A stretch of 64,000 bases of DNA from an uncultured virus (IMG/VR IMGVR_UViG_3300042560_001054) (lineage: Duplodnaviria; Heunggongvirae; Uroviricota; Caudoviricetes), in the IMG/VR virus record IMGVR_UViG_3300042560_001054, one strand, 5' to 3'. Below the pieces are notes generated by a model. That model saw nothing but the letters and a program-made list of their open reading frames with translations, was not told where the DNA came from and searched no databases. Both the position numbers and the translations under genes were made by a program. Positions 9,610-18,919 of this stretch are shown piece by piece (position 1 is the first letter of the stretch; each line of letters starts with the position of its first letter).

Positions 9610-10509
9610 TTAACTGCGGTTAATACGTTGTGAAGCTGCCCTACGAATAAGAACGCTAGCGTCTGCTAACTCTGAGCCGTATGTCTTTTCAGAAAAAGTT
9701 TTAAAATCCGATTCTTTTAATTCTTTTAGCTTCTGTAAGCCTTGAACAATACCAGACCGTTTACCAGACTGCCAACGGTAATTAAACCAATCACCGTAGC
9801 CTTTTCCAGATTCACTAAATGCGTGTTTTCTTCCAGAATGTATATCTTCATAAAGACCAACAGCTTGAGTCAACGCGTTTTCTCTTTCTCTCGAGGCGTT
9901 TACTCTAGCAGACTCATTAGAAGATTGTTCTAATTTAGACATAGCAGAACCATATCGCTTTAGGATTTCAATTGCCATGTCTTTGTCTCGTTGCGTTTTT
10001 TGTTCCCAAGAAGGGTCTACTACAATTTCCTCTGTATTTGGGGTAACAACCCATGCGTCGTCAGTTAACGAATAAGCGGCGTATGGCTTTAAATCTAAAA
10101 TATTTGGTTGAATGTTTACATAAAAAGTTAACTCAAAGACTCCCATGAAATTTGCGGTTTCTGGATAAATCTCTTCCCTAAAACCCTCGTTAAACATTTG
10201 GGAAATCTCTTTGTTGCTAAATCTAGCGTAGTCTTCGTTAGACTGACGGAATCCTATGAAGTCCACTCCAACAAGGCAGTCTAGGTCTGCAGGCTCTCTG
10301 TGGGCGGCCCATTGGTAAGAAACACCAGAACCTGCTAACCATACGTGCATCCATGACTCAGAGCCCGTAAAACGGGAATTAACATGGTTAAATAGTATTT
10401 GAAGGATAGAGTTTCTAACCTTGGGGATTACTTTCCCATTTCTAAACAATCTAGGGTCTAACCCCGCAGAAGGCCTGCTAAAAAACGAGGTCTCCGCAGG
10501 TTCTAGCAT
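9610..10509 (-). CDS. Pol-beta-superfamily nucleotidyltransferase
   Basis: LAGSGVSY followed by DLDCLV (GS...DxD); candidate third carboxylate in FELTFY. Confidence 0.72.
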   Translation of the reverse strand: MLEPAETSFFSRPSAGLDPRLFRNGKVIPKVRNSILQILFNHVNSRFTGSESWMHVWLAGSGVSYQWAAHREPADLDCLVGVDFIGFRQSNEDYARFSNKEISQMFNEGFREEIYPETANFMGVFELTFYVNIQPNILDLKPYAAYSLTDDAWVVTPNTEEIVVDPSWEQKTQRDKDMAIEILKRYGSAMSKLEQSSNESARVNASRERENALTQAVGLYEDIHSGRKHAFSESGKGYGDWFNYRWQSGKRSGIVQGLQKLKELKESDFKTFSEKTYGSELADASVLIRRAASQRINRS

Positions 10510-10511
10510 GT

Positions 10512-10745
10512 TTAATCGTCCTCGTCTTCGTCTGGGTCATCAAGGTGATAACGTTTAGCTCTCGGTTTAAAGTTTATATTATATTTAGTTGTTTCTTCTG
10601 GTCTATCTTTATTTATTCCAGAAACAAATCCGCAATCAGTGTGGGCTTCAACAAATCTTGAAGACAACAACCATAACGCAGTTTCATTTTCGTTTTGTTC
10701 CATTTGCATTGATGCACCACAAGTGCAAATCATCTCTACGAACAT
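10512..10745 (-). CDS. Hypothetical protein, CxC...HxxC, acidic tail
   Basis: ORF track; GGGG SD-like; TAAACT upstream. Confidence 0.6.
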   Translation of the reverse strand: MFVEMICTCGASMQMEQNENETALWLLSSRFVEAHTDCGFVSGINKDRPEETTKYNINFKPRAKRYHLDDPDEDEDD

Positions 10746-10778
10746 GGCGAACCCCCTGTCGTTACAGTTTACAAGATT

Positions 10779-11096
10779 TTAACTTTGACGTCTATCCAAA
10801 GCATCTCGCATTGAGGCCCCTACGCGCTGGCTATCCTCACTTCCAGTTTGCTTCAAATGTTGGGAAACAGCCCATGCCAGCTCTTGAGTGCGTATCGCAT
10901 CCCCAATCTCTTGACAGCCTTGCTTAATGTCTGTAACTACAGCCTGACGGTCTACAGCCAAGGGGGTAGCCAAGTCAGTTACGGCTTTCCACACTCCGCT
11001 GTCTAGCTTAATTAATAAAAACGCAGTAACTCCAGAACGTTGAATTACTTCTTGAGTATCGGTAGTAGGTGTTTCTACTTCTTGTTCTTCTGTCAC
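10779..11096 (-). CDS. Hypothetical protein
   Basis: ORF track; GTGA overlap with upstream gene. Confidence 0.65.
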   Translation of the reverse strand: MTEEQEVETPTTDTQEVIQRSGVTAFLLIKLDSGVWKAVTDLATPLAVDRQAVVTDIKQGCQEIGDAIRTQELAWAVSQHLKQTGSEDSQRVGASMRDALDRRQS

Positions 11097-11626
11097 TTGT
11101 ATAGTCCTTTCGACTCATGGTGCTTGGTCATATTAAACGATTTAACTGGACAAAAATCACACAGATATATCTTAGGGCCTGTTGGAGTCGAAGACAACCC
11201 AGCATCTGCTCTGTCTTTAGCAGTTCCTGGTTTTAATATTTTCTTCTCTGATTTGTAATCAGGGCACTGACCCTTAGGCCTGTTATGTTGTCCGTAACAA
11301 GCCATAGCGTCTTCTGCAAACTGCATCTTAGTTGCGTAAAATTGAGTTCCAAACGCGTCTAGTCCAGACGAGCCCCCACCTTGTATCTGTTCAATAACCT
11401 GTGGTCTCATCTTTTCAGACATCCAGATAACAGCTGGTACGTTGTACAAAACTCCTATATGGTCTGCACCGTGACGCTCTACTGTTATTTCTAAAAGCAC
11501 GTTACTTGGGTCTTGGTCTGCTGAAGGCAGCTCATCAATGGTCTTACAGGTACGACAAACTAATAACCTAAAATGGGGTTCTTGCTCAGCTCCACCGTCA
11601 TTTAAAGTAGACAGGTCTAAAACCAT
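11093..11626 (-). CDS. Cys/His-rich putative zinc-binding protein
   Basis: CRTC, C..H, C, CDFC; AGGAG SD. Confidence 0.7.
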   Translation of the reverse strand: MVLDLSTLNDGGAEQEPHFRLLVCRTCKTIDELPSADQDPSNVLLEITVERHGADHIGVLYNVPAVIWMSEKMRPQVIEQIQGGGSSGLDAFGTQFYATKMQFAEDAMACYGQHNRPKGQCPDYKSEKKILKPGTAKDRADAGLSSTPTGPKIYLCDFCPVKSFNMTKHHESKGLYK

Positions 11627-11672
11627 TTGATGCTCCTAATCGTAGAACGTGTAGCCTATCAGATAAGGCTAT

Positions 11673-11876
11673 TTATTTCGTATTCTTTTTAGATTTCTTT
11701 AAAACTGAGTAATACCCACCAGCGTGTATTCTTAAATCGTTTGGATTAGTCTCACCAAGTTTATCTAACTTAGCTGCTGTTGCTGCTTTGTCATCCCCAA
11801 CAGTATGCTTGTACACATCTCGACCCTCAAACTCAGGTCTGTTTGGAATGTTTTGTAGTTTTTTAGGCGCTGGCAC
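11673..11876 (-). CDS. Hypothetical basic protein
   Basis: ORF track; operon context. Confidence 0.55.
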   Translation of the reverse strand: MPAPKKLQNIPNRPEFEGRDVYKHTVGDDKAATAAKLDKLGETNPNDLRIHAGGYYSVLKKSKKNTK

Positions 11877-12411
11877 GACGAGTACCCACGTCAGAACGGT
11901 CCCCAGTCACAACTGTTTTTGGACGGTCTTTGTAAGTTGCACCAGCTTTGTCTCCAGAAGCTGTGCAAGAAGGGCAGGTTACGTCTCCCTTTGTTGACTC
12001 CATTGATACAGAACTACCGCAGCCTGGGGTTTGACAAGCTAGTCTAGTTACACGTCGACTATCAACTACCCCTTTTTGAATAGCTTTTCCAATAGTTTTG
12101 CGATGCGCTTCTTTTTCTAAACCAGTGCTTCTTTCAAAACGATTTTGAGTTTTTTGCAGCTCTCCATGCTCACGTTCACTTAAGTTAGGCATAAATTTAT
12201 AGTCTGCAGCTTGTTTAGCTCTTAAATTATTTTCTACTTTAGAGCCTTTTTCTTCTTTTGCAATTGCTCTTAAATCTTGTTCAAATACGCTATCGGAAGC
12301 TTCTCGTTTTGCGTTTGCAACTTTATTTCCTTTAGACACCACAGCGCGTACTTCTTGTTCGCTTTGAGTAGGTAGTTGAATTCTTTTAAATTGTGCAGAT
12401 ACTGGTTTCAT
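11863..12411 (-). CDS. Hypothetical protein with C-terminal zinc ribbon
   Basis: CQTPGC...CPSC. Confidence 0.65.
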   Translation of the reverse strand: MKPVSAQFKRIQLPTQSEQEVRAVVSKGNKVANAKREASDSVFEQDLRAIAKEEKGSKVENNLRAKQAADYKFMPNLSEREHGELQKTQNRFERSTGLEKEAHRKTIGKAIQKGVVDSRRVTRLACQTPGCGSSVSMESTKGDVTCPSCTASGDKAGATYKDRPKTVVTGDRSDVGTRRASA

Positions 12412-12596
12412 TATTTTGCTTTAACTTTCTTTACTGATGGCATTGGGTCACGGTAATCATTTGCTACATCTTTGCCAGTGTTTACCCATGGGTCGTTCTT
12501 TGCAGCTTCGTTGGTTTCTTTTGCTGCAGAAACGGCTCTTCCTAGAGCAGCTAAACCTTCTTTGCTAGAATTAAATTGACTCTTACTTGGAATCAC
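12411..12596 (-). CDS. Hypothetical protein
   Basis: Translationally coupled on both sides. Confidence 0.6.
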   Translation of the reverse strand: MIPSKSQFNSSKEGLAALGRAVSAAKETNEAAKNDPWVNTGKDVANDYRDPMPSVKKVKAK

Positions 12597-12910
12597 TTTG
12601 TTGCTCCATCCTTACCTTCGCCAAATTCGACTGCACGACGAACTACGCTTTGATGCCTAGATGTAGACGAACTGTATTTAGTACTTGGTACGTGCCATCC
12701 AGCTTTCTCAGAATACCAAGCAATTGGAGTCTGGTACGAGTTAACTACGTACTCAGGGTTGTGCTCTTTAAACTTTGCTGCTTCATCTTCTGGCAAACGA
12801 CCAAGCCCCGTAGAAGAACTACCGCCTGAAAAGTTAGATGCTTTAAACGGTTTTCTATTAAGAATATGCTCTCCAGCATTTCTTTGATTGGCGCGGGCTG
12901 GCTTTGCCAT
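12593..12910 (-). CDS. Conserved phage hypothetical protein (SYxTPIA...YSxxTSRHQ type)
   Basis: YVVNSYQTPIAW and KYSSSTSRHQ motifs resemble a recurrent phage family. Confidence 0.65.
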   Translation of the reverse strand: MAKPARANQRNAGEHILNRKPFKASNFSGGSSSTGLGRLPEDEAAKFKEHNPEYVVNSYQTPIAWYSEKAGWHVPSTKYSSSTSRHQSVVRRAVEFGEGKDGATK

Positions 12911-12911
12911 A

Positions 12912-13118
12912 CTAAGCTCCTGGGTTTACTTTGTTAGGAGCCTCTGAATTAATAAAATCATAATTCATGTAAGGATTTAGACCTGCACGGTTTTGAACAA
13001 CAATCTGGTCGCCCATACCTGGGGCTACAGTTGTGTTTGGACGACGCTTGCGGTACTTACCGTCTGTTGCGCCTTCCAACATGTCTGCGTTCTGTGAACG
13101 TGAGTTATTGACTGTCAT
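12912..13118 (-). CDS. Hypothetical protein
   Basis: ORF track; AAGGT SD. Confidence 0.65.
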   Translation of the reverse strand: MTVNNSRSQNADMLEGATDGKYRKRRPNTTVAPGMGDQIVVQNRAGLNPYMNYDFINSEAPNKVNPGA

Positions 13119-13129
13119 GTTTACCTTTC

Positions 13130-13345
13130 TTAAGCCATTCTGTTAGCAACTGATTTAGCTGCTTTCTTACGGCCACATGGTTGACATAGGGTGGATGATA
13201 AAGATTGAACTGGGTTTAATAATGACCCGCAACTTCCGCATGGAACTGACCCATTGTAAACAGATAAGCTTTTACCGGTTACCGGGTCAAGCACGTAGGG
13301 CATGCCTTCACCTTGGTCATCTAAATACGTAATTGTATTTTCCAT
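13130..13345 (-). CDS. Small zinc-finger protein
   Basis: CGSC...CQPC; leaderless promoter upstream. Confidence 0.65.
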   Translation of the reverse strand: MENTITYLDDQGEGMPYVLDPVTGKSLSVYNGSVPCGSCGSLLNPVQSLSSTLCQPCGRKKAAKSVANRMA

Positions 13346-13354
13346 AATACTATT

Positions 13355-13717
13355 TTATACCTGTCCTAGGGTGTTTCGACTGGTGGACTCAGTAGTGTTT
13401 GGCTGCTGAGCATAGTCAGTTCTTTCGTAAGTCCTGCTAGTAAGCTCAACGATATCCTCAATACTGTATTCCGTGTTCTTATACCCAAATCTAGGTGGAA
13501 ACAGCTCTACCTGAGGTAGGGGTGGACGAACGTATTCTTGAATTTCTTCCCCAGTCATATTGGCTACCTCTAAAGACTGACTTACTAGTCTTTCTTGGTT
13601 ACTAGCAAATGGACCAATATAAGCTTGCGGAGGATATGCAGCTTTACCAGCGGCTATCCAAGGTCTGTTAGTAGACCATGGTCTTTCTCCGTAAACCCCA
13701 TCGGGTGTGTTTGGCAT
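13355..13717 (-). CDS. Hypothetical protein
   Basis: TAATG coupling at 13717. Confidence 0.65.
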   Translation of the reverse strand: MPNTPDGVYGERPWSTNRPWIAAGKAAYPPQAYIGPFASNQERLVSQSLEVANMTGEEIQEYVRPPLPQVELFPPRFGYKNTEYSIEDIVELTSRTYERTDYAQQPNTTESTSRNTLGQV

Positions 13718-14244
13718 TAATTCCACCCAGGCTTTAGTCTAGAAATTTGGTCAACGCGTCGTTGGTTTACTTCGTAAGGAGCATTGTGTTTTGTGTTTGC
13801 CTTACCGTCATTTACTAAATGAGGTGCAGGTGCTAACTTAGATACTGGTGCGTTTCTAGGTACAAGGTCTCCACGACGAGCAGCAGCCATTTGTCTTTTA
13901 ATTCCGCGGTCTCTGTCTAAACCAGAAGGATAATAATAATCTGATGGGTCAATACGTTCTCCGCGATGCACACCACGTTGATAGGAACGTTGTCCTACAC
14001 GTTGTTTCATCTTGTCTAATACGCGGTCAGAAGTTCCGTTAGCAAGACCTCTGTCATCACGTCGTGAACGTATGGTGCCTAGGTACCCATTTGGATACTC
14101 TGCGGAAGGTTCTCGACCCACACCCATACGTAAATAGTCGAGCTCAGAACGAGCAACAGGAACACCGCCGCCACCATAATTAGTGTAAGTTCCATAGAGT
14201 CCCGAAGCTCCGAGACTCTGTATATTCTGATGGGTACCTGGCAT
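13717..14244 (-). CDS. Hypothetical Arg/Gly-rich protein
   Basis: ORF track; TATTAT 6 nt before ATG. Confidence 0.7.
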   Translation of the reverse strand: MPGTHQNIQSLGASGLYGTYTNYGGGGVPVARSELDYLRMGVGREPSAEYPNGYLGTIRSRRDDRGLANGTSDRVLDKMKQRVGQRSYQRGVHRGERIDPSDYYYPSGLDRDRGIKRQMAAARRGDLVPRNAPVSKLAPAPHLVNDGKANTKHNAPYEVNQRRVDQISRLKPGWN

Positions 14245-14270
14245 ACATACATAATACGCCTATCAGAACC

Positions 14271-15293
14271 TTACTTAGCGGTAAACTCTTTTCCTTCGTG
14301 AACCGTCCAACCATCTAAAATGTTAATTGGCTGCAATATAAAATGGCCGTCTTCCCTAATCCAGCCAATCATGACTCCTTGTTGCCAATCTTCCCAATGT
14401 TTTACTGGACGGCCTTGCTCACTAAGGCCACTGCCATAAGAAGGGACTGCTCCGTCAACACGACATAGGCACCCTGGACTTGCTGAAACGCTTCTGATGG
14501 GACCGTCTTGGTCATGTACAGTTTTATATTGCATCTCCTGTCTGTGTGCGTGTCCAAAAATTGTAGAAATGTGAGGGTTCTTATTTACATAAGCACTGGC
14601 TGTTGAGCCTCCAGAACGAACGCTGGTTCCGTGGATAGCTCTTAGGCTCTTATTTAACCAGTATTCACCTGCTGGGTATGCGCCAATATAATCGACCCTT
14701 AATTCATCTAATCTGAGTAAATATGGAATAGACATAACAGGCCAAGAATCTGGCTTTGGCATAGCTCGTTTAATGCCTTTAGCTGCCATAGCATTCATAG
14801 TAATAAACTTATTCATACGACAATCATGGTTGCCTTCAATTAAAACAATTTTTGCATTTGGGCAAGTCGCTCTTTGTTTAGCCAATAATTGATGCCCGTA
14901 ATCTATAGCTGGTTGTACTGTGTGTGCAAACATCTCTTCTTGTGCGTATTTTCCCATAGTCGGTAAATCTAAATAATCACCTAAATGAATGATTTCATCT
15001 ACGCCATATTTTGCTTCTAAATACGCAAGTAATTGGAAATGAACATCAATCGCTGCTTCATCATGGAATGGGTCTAAGGTTCCATCTTCGTATTTTCTAT
15101 ACCCAATTTGAGGGTCTGGAACAAACATAACTAATTTGTATGGCCCTTTATCAGATTTTTTATTTTTGTATACAGCTGGTTTTATAACTGTAGGGGAAGC
15201 CTGTTGAATAGGCGGCCACAACCACGCTGTATCAGGTACTTTAGGTTCTAAAAGATTAGTTAATTTTTCTATTAGCTCGTCGGACAAGTGCAT
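14271..15293 (-). CDS. Calcineurin-like metallophosphoesterase
   Basis: PDPQ, GDYLD, GNHD, HG, GHAH motifs. Confidence 0.85.
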   Translation of the reverse strand: MHLSDELIEKLTNLLEPKVPDTAWLWPPIQQASPTVIKPAVYKNKKSDKGPYKLVMFVPDPQIGYRKYEDGTLDPFHDEAAIDVHFQLLAYLEAKYGVDEIIHLGDYLDLPTMGKYAQEEMFAHTVQPAIDYGHQLLAKQRATCPNAKIVLIEGNHDCRMNKFITMNAMAAKGIKRAMPKPDSWPVMSIPYLLRLDELRVDYIGAYPAGEYWLNKSLRAIHGTSVRSGGSTASAYVNKNPHISTIFGHAHRQEMQYKTVHDQDGPIRSVSASPGCLCRVDGAVPSYGSGLSEQGRPVKHWEDWQQGVMIGWIREDGHFILQPINILDGWTVHEGKEFTAK

Positions 15294-15514
15294 CTCCCTC
15301 TAATATGGGTTACAAAAGAAGTTCTTTTAAATGGTAAATTGCTATTTTCTTCAGATATGTATCTATAGGCTACGGAAAGGTTTGCATTTGGACTTTTCAT
15401 TAACGACTCAAATGCTTCTTGTAATTCTTTTGGTTGAGTAAGCAACCACACCTTTACAACACAGCCGTTTATAGCGCCTTCTTTAGCTATATTCAATATC
15501 TTTTCAGATAACAT
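15272..15514 (-). CDS. Hypothetical protein coupled to the phosphoesterase (C...H-x3-CxC)
   Basis: AGGAG SD; C-terminal HIRGRCTC. Confidence 0.65.
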   Translation of the reverse strand: MLSEKILNIAKEGAINGCVVKVWLLTQPKELQEAFESLMKSPNANLSVAYRYISEENSNLPFKRTSFVTHIRGRCTCPTS

Positions 15515-15601
15515 AGGCCTCTCCTACTCATGCTTAACTACACGAGTGTCATTAGCCTAACACACTTTGACAATTATTGGCGTTGCAAAACGAGAAAATG
15601 C

Positions 15602-15636
15602 AAATAGGACCGAGCCGTTGGGCTGCGGTCCTATTT
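15602..15636 (-). terminator. Intrinsic terminator, possibly bidirectional
   Basis: AAATAGGACCG...CGGTCCTATTT stem followed by T-rich tract on - strand. Confidence 0.7.
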
Positions 15637-15649
15637 CGCTATTAAGTTG

Positions 15650-15970
15650 TTAGTTTGCTAAAGCGTCTGATGCACCTGACGAAAAGTTAGGGGCTTGACG
15701 ATTTAGCGCAGCAGTGAATACTCTGCCGTTAGCTTGTGTCATTCCTGCAGAAGGGTCTTTGTATGTAGGCATTGATGTTCTAATACCATACGCACGTACG
15801 CCAGCTGCTTTTACATTCTTACGTGAAGGTTTTGCTTGTGCATATGGGTCGCCAGCTTGAGCGCCCTTCTTCTTAACAAGCTTGCCAGAAGTGCCTTCAG
15901 CAGAAGCGTTTCGTGCTCCGCGGGCAGCGCTGGTTTCCATCGTAGAAAACTTGCTCTTTGGTTCTTTCAT
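15650..15970 (-). CDS. Hypothetical Ala/Lys-rich protein
   Basis: GAGGT SD; flanked by promoter-like sequence and terminator. Confidence 0.7.
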   Translation of the reverse strand: MKEPKSKFSTMETSAARGARNASAEGTSGKLVKKKGAQAGDPYAQAKPSRKNVKAAGVRAYGIRTSMPTYKDPSAGMTQANGRVFTAALNRQAPNFSSGASDALAN

Positions 15971-16035
15971 TTTATACCTCTTCGGCCTAAGAGTTGGTAA
16001 TACAACAATACGGCCTTACTCTTGAAAAATAAGGC

Positions 16036-16317
16036 TTAACTGACTGCATTAATTCTAAAAACGATAGCACTGATAGTGTCACCGTTGCTTTCAACTGAGG
16101 CAAACCCTGGCACACAGGCTAGGTCAATACCTCGGGGAGCGGTGTAGCCTCGAGCAATAGCAATCGCTTTTACAGCTTGATTTACTGCGCCTGCGCCTAC
16201 GGCTCTAATCTTGCAAGTATTGTTTTCGTATACGGCATGTGCAATAGCTGAGGCCACGGATTGTGGGTTACTGCCTGCTCCTACGCGTAATACCTGCTCT
16301 TCTTGTATCTCGGACAT
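16036..16317 (-). CDS. spoVS: SpoVS-family (Alba-like) protein
   Basis: LRV...SNPQSVASAIA, AVGAGAVNQAVKAIAIARGY, PGF: near-canonical SpoVS signature. Confidence 0.88.
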   Translation of the reverse strand: MSEIQEEQVLRVGAGSNPQSVASAIAHAVYENNTCKIRAVGAGAVNQAVKAIAIARGYTAPRGIDLACVPGFASVESNGDTISAIVFRINAVS

Positions 16318-16376
16318 GTAGTTCCTCTATATTCGTCTAGTAGTACTCCCGTGGGAAATAATATACGGCAATTTAA

Positions 16377-16613
16377 CTATGAATTAGGGGTGTAACCTGG
16401 ACTATCTACTAGGGTGGGAGCGGTGGCTAAAGACCCGCACAGGGCGCACTCCATGTCTAAAAAGTACATAGAAATCTCATAGTCCTCAAACATAGCTTTT
16501 ATGTTCCATAAAGTTGACCCGCATACACAGACGTGGGTCGGGGTTCCACGCATATCCATAGCTGCCTCGTAATCAGGCTTTAAAGAGCTAATAGGAATAG
16601 GCTGGTCACTCAT
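16377..16613 (-). CDS. Small zinc-ribbon protein
   Basis: CVCGS...CALCGS. Confidence 0.7.
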   Translation of the reverse strand: MSDQPIPISSLKPDYEAAMDMRGTPTHVCVCGSTLWNIKAMFEDYEISMYFLDMECALCGSLATAPTLVDSPGYTPNS

Positions 16614-16622
16614 GCCTAAAGC

Positions 16623-17207
16623 TTAGGGCTTTTCTCTGTATTTAGGGTCTTGTATGTTGTTATAAATATCTTTTTCATAAGAAAGACCGTGCCTTCCAGC
16701 AGCTAAATGAGCGAGCGCATAAGAGTCAGCAGCGTTATCGTCAGTAAACTCTACACCCCACTTCTTATATACATGAAGCAGTATTTGATTCTTTTGTATA
16801 CCGTTGCCTTTTCCAGTAACGTATTTTTTAAGCACAGTAGGTGGAATTATGTACGGGTACTTTCCATGAAAACTATCAAGACTCATGAAACAAGTTAACT
16901 TAACTAATCCGCCGAGTTCTCCAGCCATGTTTGCCATTTGAGACCCGTATGCATACCCCTCCATTGCAACCACAACTTCTTCTGCGTTTTTAGACAAAGC
17001 ATTTAAAGTTCCTTCTAAAGACCTACCAATAAAGTACAACCTGTCTACGTGAGTTCCTGGAGCCTTCGTAACTGTAGTCATCCACTCACCGCTGTCCATG
17101 TCCATAGCAGTAAACGCAAACCCGGTGTAAGACTGGTCTATACCTATAGAAACTCGTTTAGCTTCTTTAGTTAGGCCACCATCAAAAAATTTAATAGGGG
17201 TGGTCAT
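16623..17207 (-). CDS. RuvC-like Holliday junction resolvase
   Basis: IGIDQSYTG, MEGY, LKKYVTGKG, DNAADS (RNase H fold). Confidence 0.82.
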   Translation of the reverse strand: MTTPIKFFDGGLTKEAKRVSIGIDQSYTGFAFTAMDMDSGEWMTTVTKAPGTHVDRLYFIGRSLEGTLNALSKNAEEVVVAMEGYAYGSQMANMAGELGGLVKLTCFMSLDSFHGKYPYIIPPTVLKKYVTGKGNGIQKNQILLHVYKKWGVEFTDDNAADSYALAHLAAGRHGLSYEKDIYNNIQDPKYREKP

Positions 17208-17701
17208 GTTGTAAATTTCTTTGCTCGGGTTTTAAAGTTGTCATTAGAAGTTCTTCTAGTCAACTCTCGGCTACAAACTGAGCTTCCTCTATCGTAGTTA
17301 TTAGCCATTGTTTCAATCAATTTTCTGTATGCAAACTTTTGCATGTGTTCTTCTTTTAACTGCACAACATCTTCGTCTGAGGCTACTTGAGGCCTTACAG
17401 TAGTTAATTTAGAAGTCGCTGTTGACAAAGTTAAAAAAGTAGTAGCTTCTGCTAGTTCTATACGTCGCTCTAGCTCTTTCTCATCAATAATCGCACAAGA
17501 AAGTTGAGTGTTAATAAAGTCTGAATATGCAACAAATTTGGTGTACAGCTCCATTAAATCTTCGTCACCTAATTCAGTTATGTTGCTAGGTAACGTTGGC
17601 CTACTTAAATCAACTTCTAAGTCAACTACAAACCCTTGTTCTTTAAGGGTAGTTAAAGCGTTACTGCTGACGGAATCTGCAATCAAACTACTTTTGCTCA
17701 T
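17204..17701 (-). CDS. Hypothetical helical protein (possible recombination mediator)
   Basis: Coiled-coil character, C-terminal SRELTRR; start set at ATG 17701. Confidence 0.55.
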   Translation of the reverse strand: MSKSSLIADSVSSNALTTLKEQGFVVDLEVDLSRPTLPSNITELGDEDLMELYTKFVAYSDFINTQLSCAIIDEKELERRIELAEATTFLTLSTATSKLTTVRPQVASDEDVVQLKEEHMQKFAYRKLIETMANNYDRGSSVCSRELTRRTSNDNFKTRAKKFTT

Positions 17702-18548
17702 CTTTATACCCCTTACATCCTTGACACAACATCCTACCACCGTTGTTACAATCTGGTGGGGTCCTGGTTTTTACAGCTTCTACAATCATTTTAGCAGCGT
17801 CTAGTAAATGATTAATTCCCCAAGAATCTTTTCTTATAACAAACTCTTTTACTTCTTGGTTAACCTTTGACTCATAAATGATTATTGCTTCTTGCGGAGT
17901 TACTTCATGGTCAGATAGTTCTAACAATTTTAAATACAATTGAACTTGAGAAATGTGAGACTCAAATGGTGTTTCAATAGCTTTCCAAGCAGCAGCAAAA
18001 TCAGAATCTGCTTTTACAAGTCCTGGTGAGTAATACCTCATACTTCCAATACCAATAGACTTTACTTCTAATAGAAGTGGCTCACCAAAACCAACAAGCC
18101 AACCATCTGCGTGACCTGTAATCATTAGTTCTTCATTATCTAAAGGAACTTCTCTGTATTTAACTGTGTACTTGTCATCGTGGTCAGAAGCAAATCCCCA
18201 ATAAGTTGCGCCTGTTTCCATAATTTCCCACATGCCGTACAAAGTCCCCATGTCTCTAAAAACATCTTGCCAAACTTCGTGGATACGATGACCTTCAGCA
18301 AAAATCATATGTTGATTTAAAGTTATAGGTCTTGGAGCAGGTTCATGCCCAAGCAAATGAAAATACGAAGCTCTGTGACACCAACTAGGGCTGACCATAG
18401 CTGAAGGGTGTAACAAATCACTTCGTCTACTCTCATCACGAGGTGTAGAAAGAATATGTCTTTCTACTTTTCCCAACACCCTGCTATTTGTTTTACCTGC
18501 TTTTAAAAACTTATCCAAAGCGGCACTTTTTTCTGTTCTTAGAATCAT
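17688..18548 (-). CDS. Cas4-like PD-(D/E)xK exonuclease
   Basis: N-terminal Cys, GHRIH, GHADG, LEVKS, QVQLY, C-terminal Cys cluster. Confidence 0.8.
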   Translation of the reverse strand: MILRTEKSAALDKFLKAGKTNSRVLGKVERHILSTPRDESRRSDLLHPSAMVSPSWCHRASYFHLLGHEPAPRPITLNQHMIFAEGHRIHEVWQDVFRDMGTLYGMWEIMETGATYWGFASDHDDKYTVKYREVPLDNEELMITGHADGWLVGFGEPLLLEVKSIGIGSMRYYSPGLVKADSDFAAAWKAIETPFESHISQVQLYLKLLELSDHEVTPQEAIIIYESKVNQEVKEFVIRKDSWGINHLLDAAKMIVEAVKTRTPPDCNNGGRMLCQGCKGYKDEQK

Positions 18549-18579
18549 CTCTCCTCCTAGAGGATGAACTTACCACAGA

Positions 18580-18897
18580 CTACTTCTTTGTGCTATCTGC
18601 AATAACCCATTCTTTGAGCGTCATTCCTTTTTTTTCTACTTTTCTTTTTAATGCGTTACGCTCACGATGGCTAAGTCCTCCCCATATACCGTGGGGTTCA
18701 TCAACTCTATCTGCCTCAAGTAAACATTGAATTCGTACTGGGCATGGTGGTCTACCATCTTTGCCAAAACATACTGCTTTTGACTTGTCTGCTATTTCTT
18801 TATATAAATCTTTATCACGAGGGGGATACCAAAGCTCGGTATCCATACCACGGCACTTGGCGCTATGACGCCAATCGTCTTGGGGTTCTGCAGGCAA
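18580..18897 (-). CDS. whiB: WhiB-family Fe-S transcription factor
   Basis: W...AKC, C, CPVRIQC, GIWGGLS.RER. Confidence 0.9.
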   Translation of the reverse strand: MPAEPQDDWRHSAKCRGMDTELWYPPRDKDLYKEIADKSKAVCFGKDGRPPCPVRIQCLLEADRVDEPHGIWGGLSHRERNALKRKVEKKGMTLKEWVIADSTKK

Positions 18898-18919
18898 GAA
18901 GTATGCTCCTTATATAGGG

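Noticed and set aside
17688..18548. Cas4-like gene as part of a CRISPR system
   Set aside because: No repeat-spacer array or other cas genes; it sits in a recombination cluster where solo Cas4-like nucleases are common.
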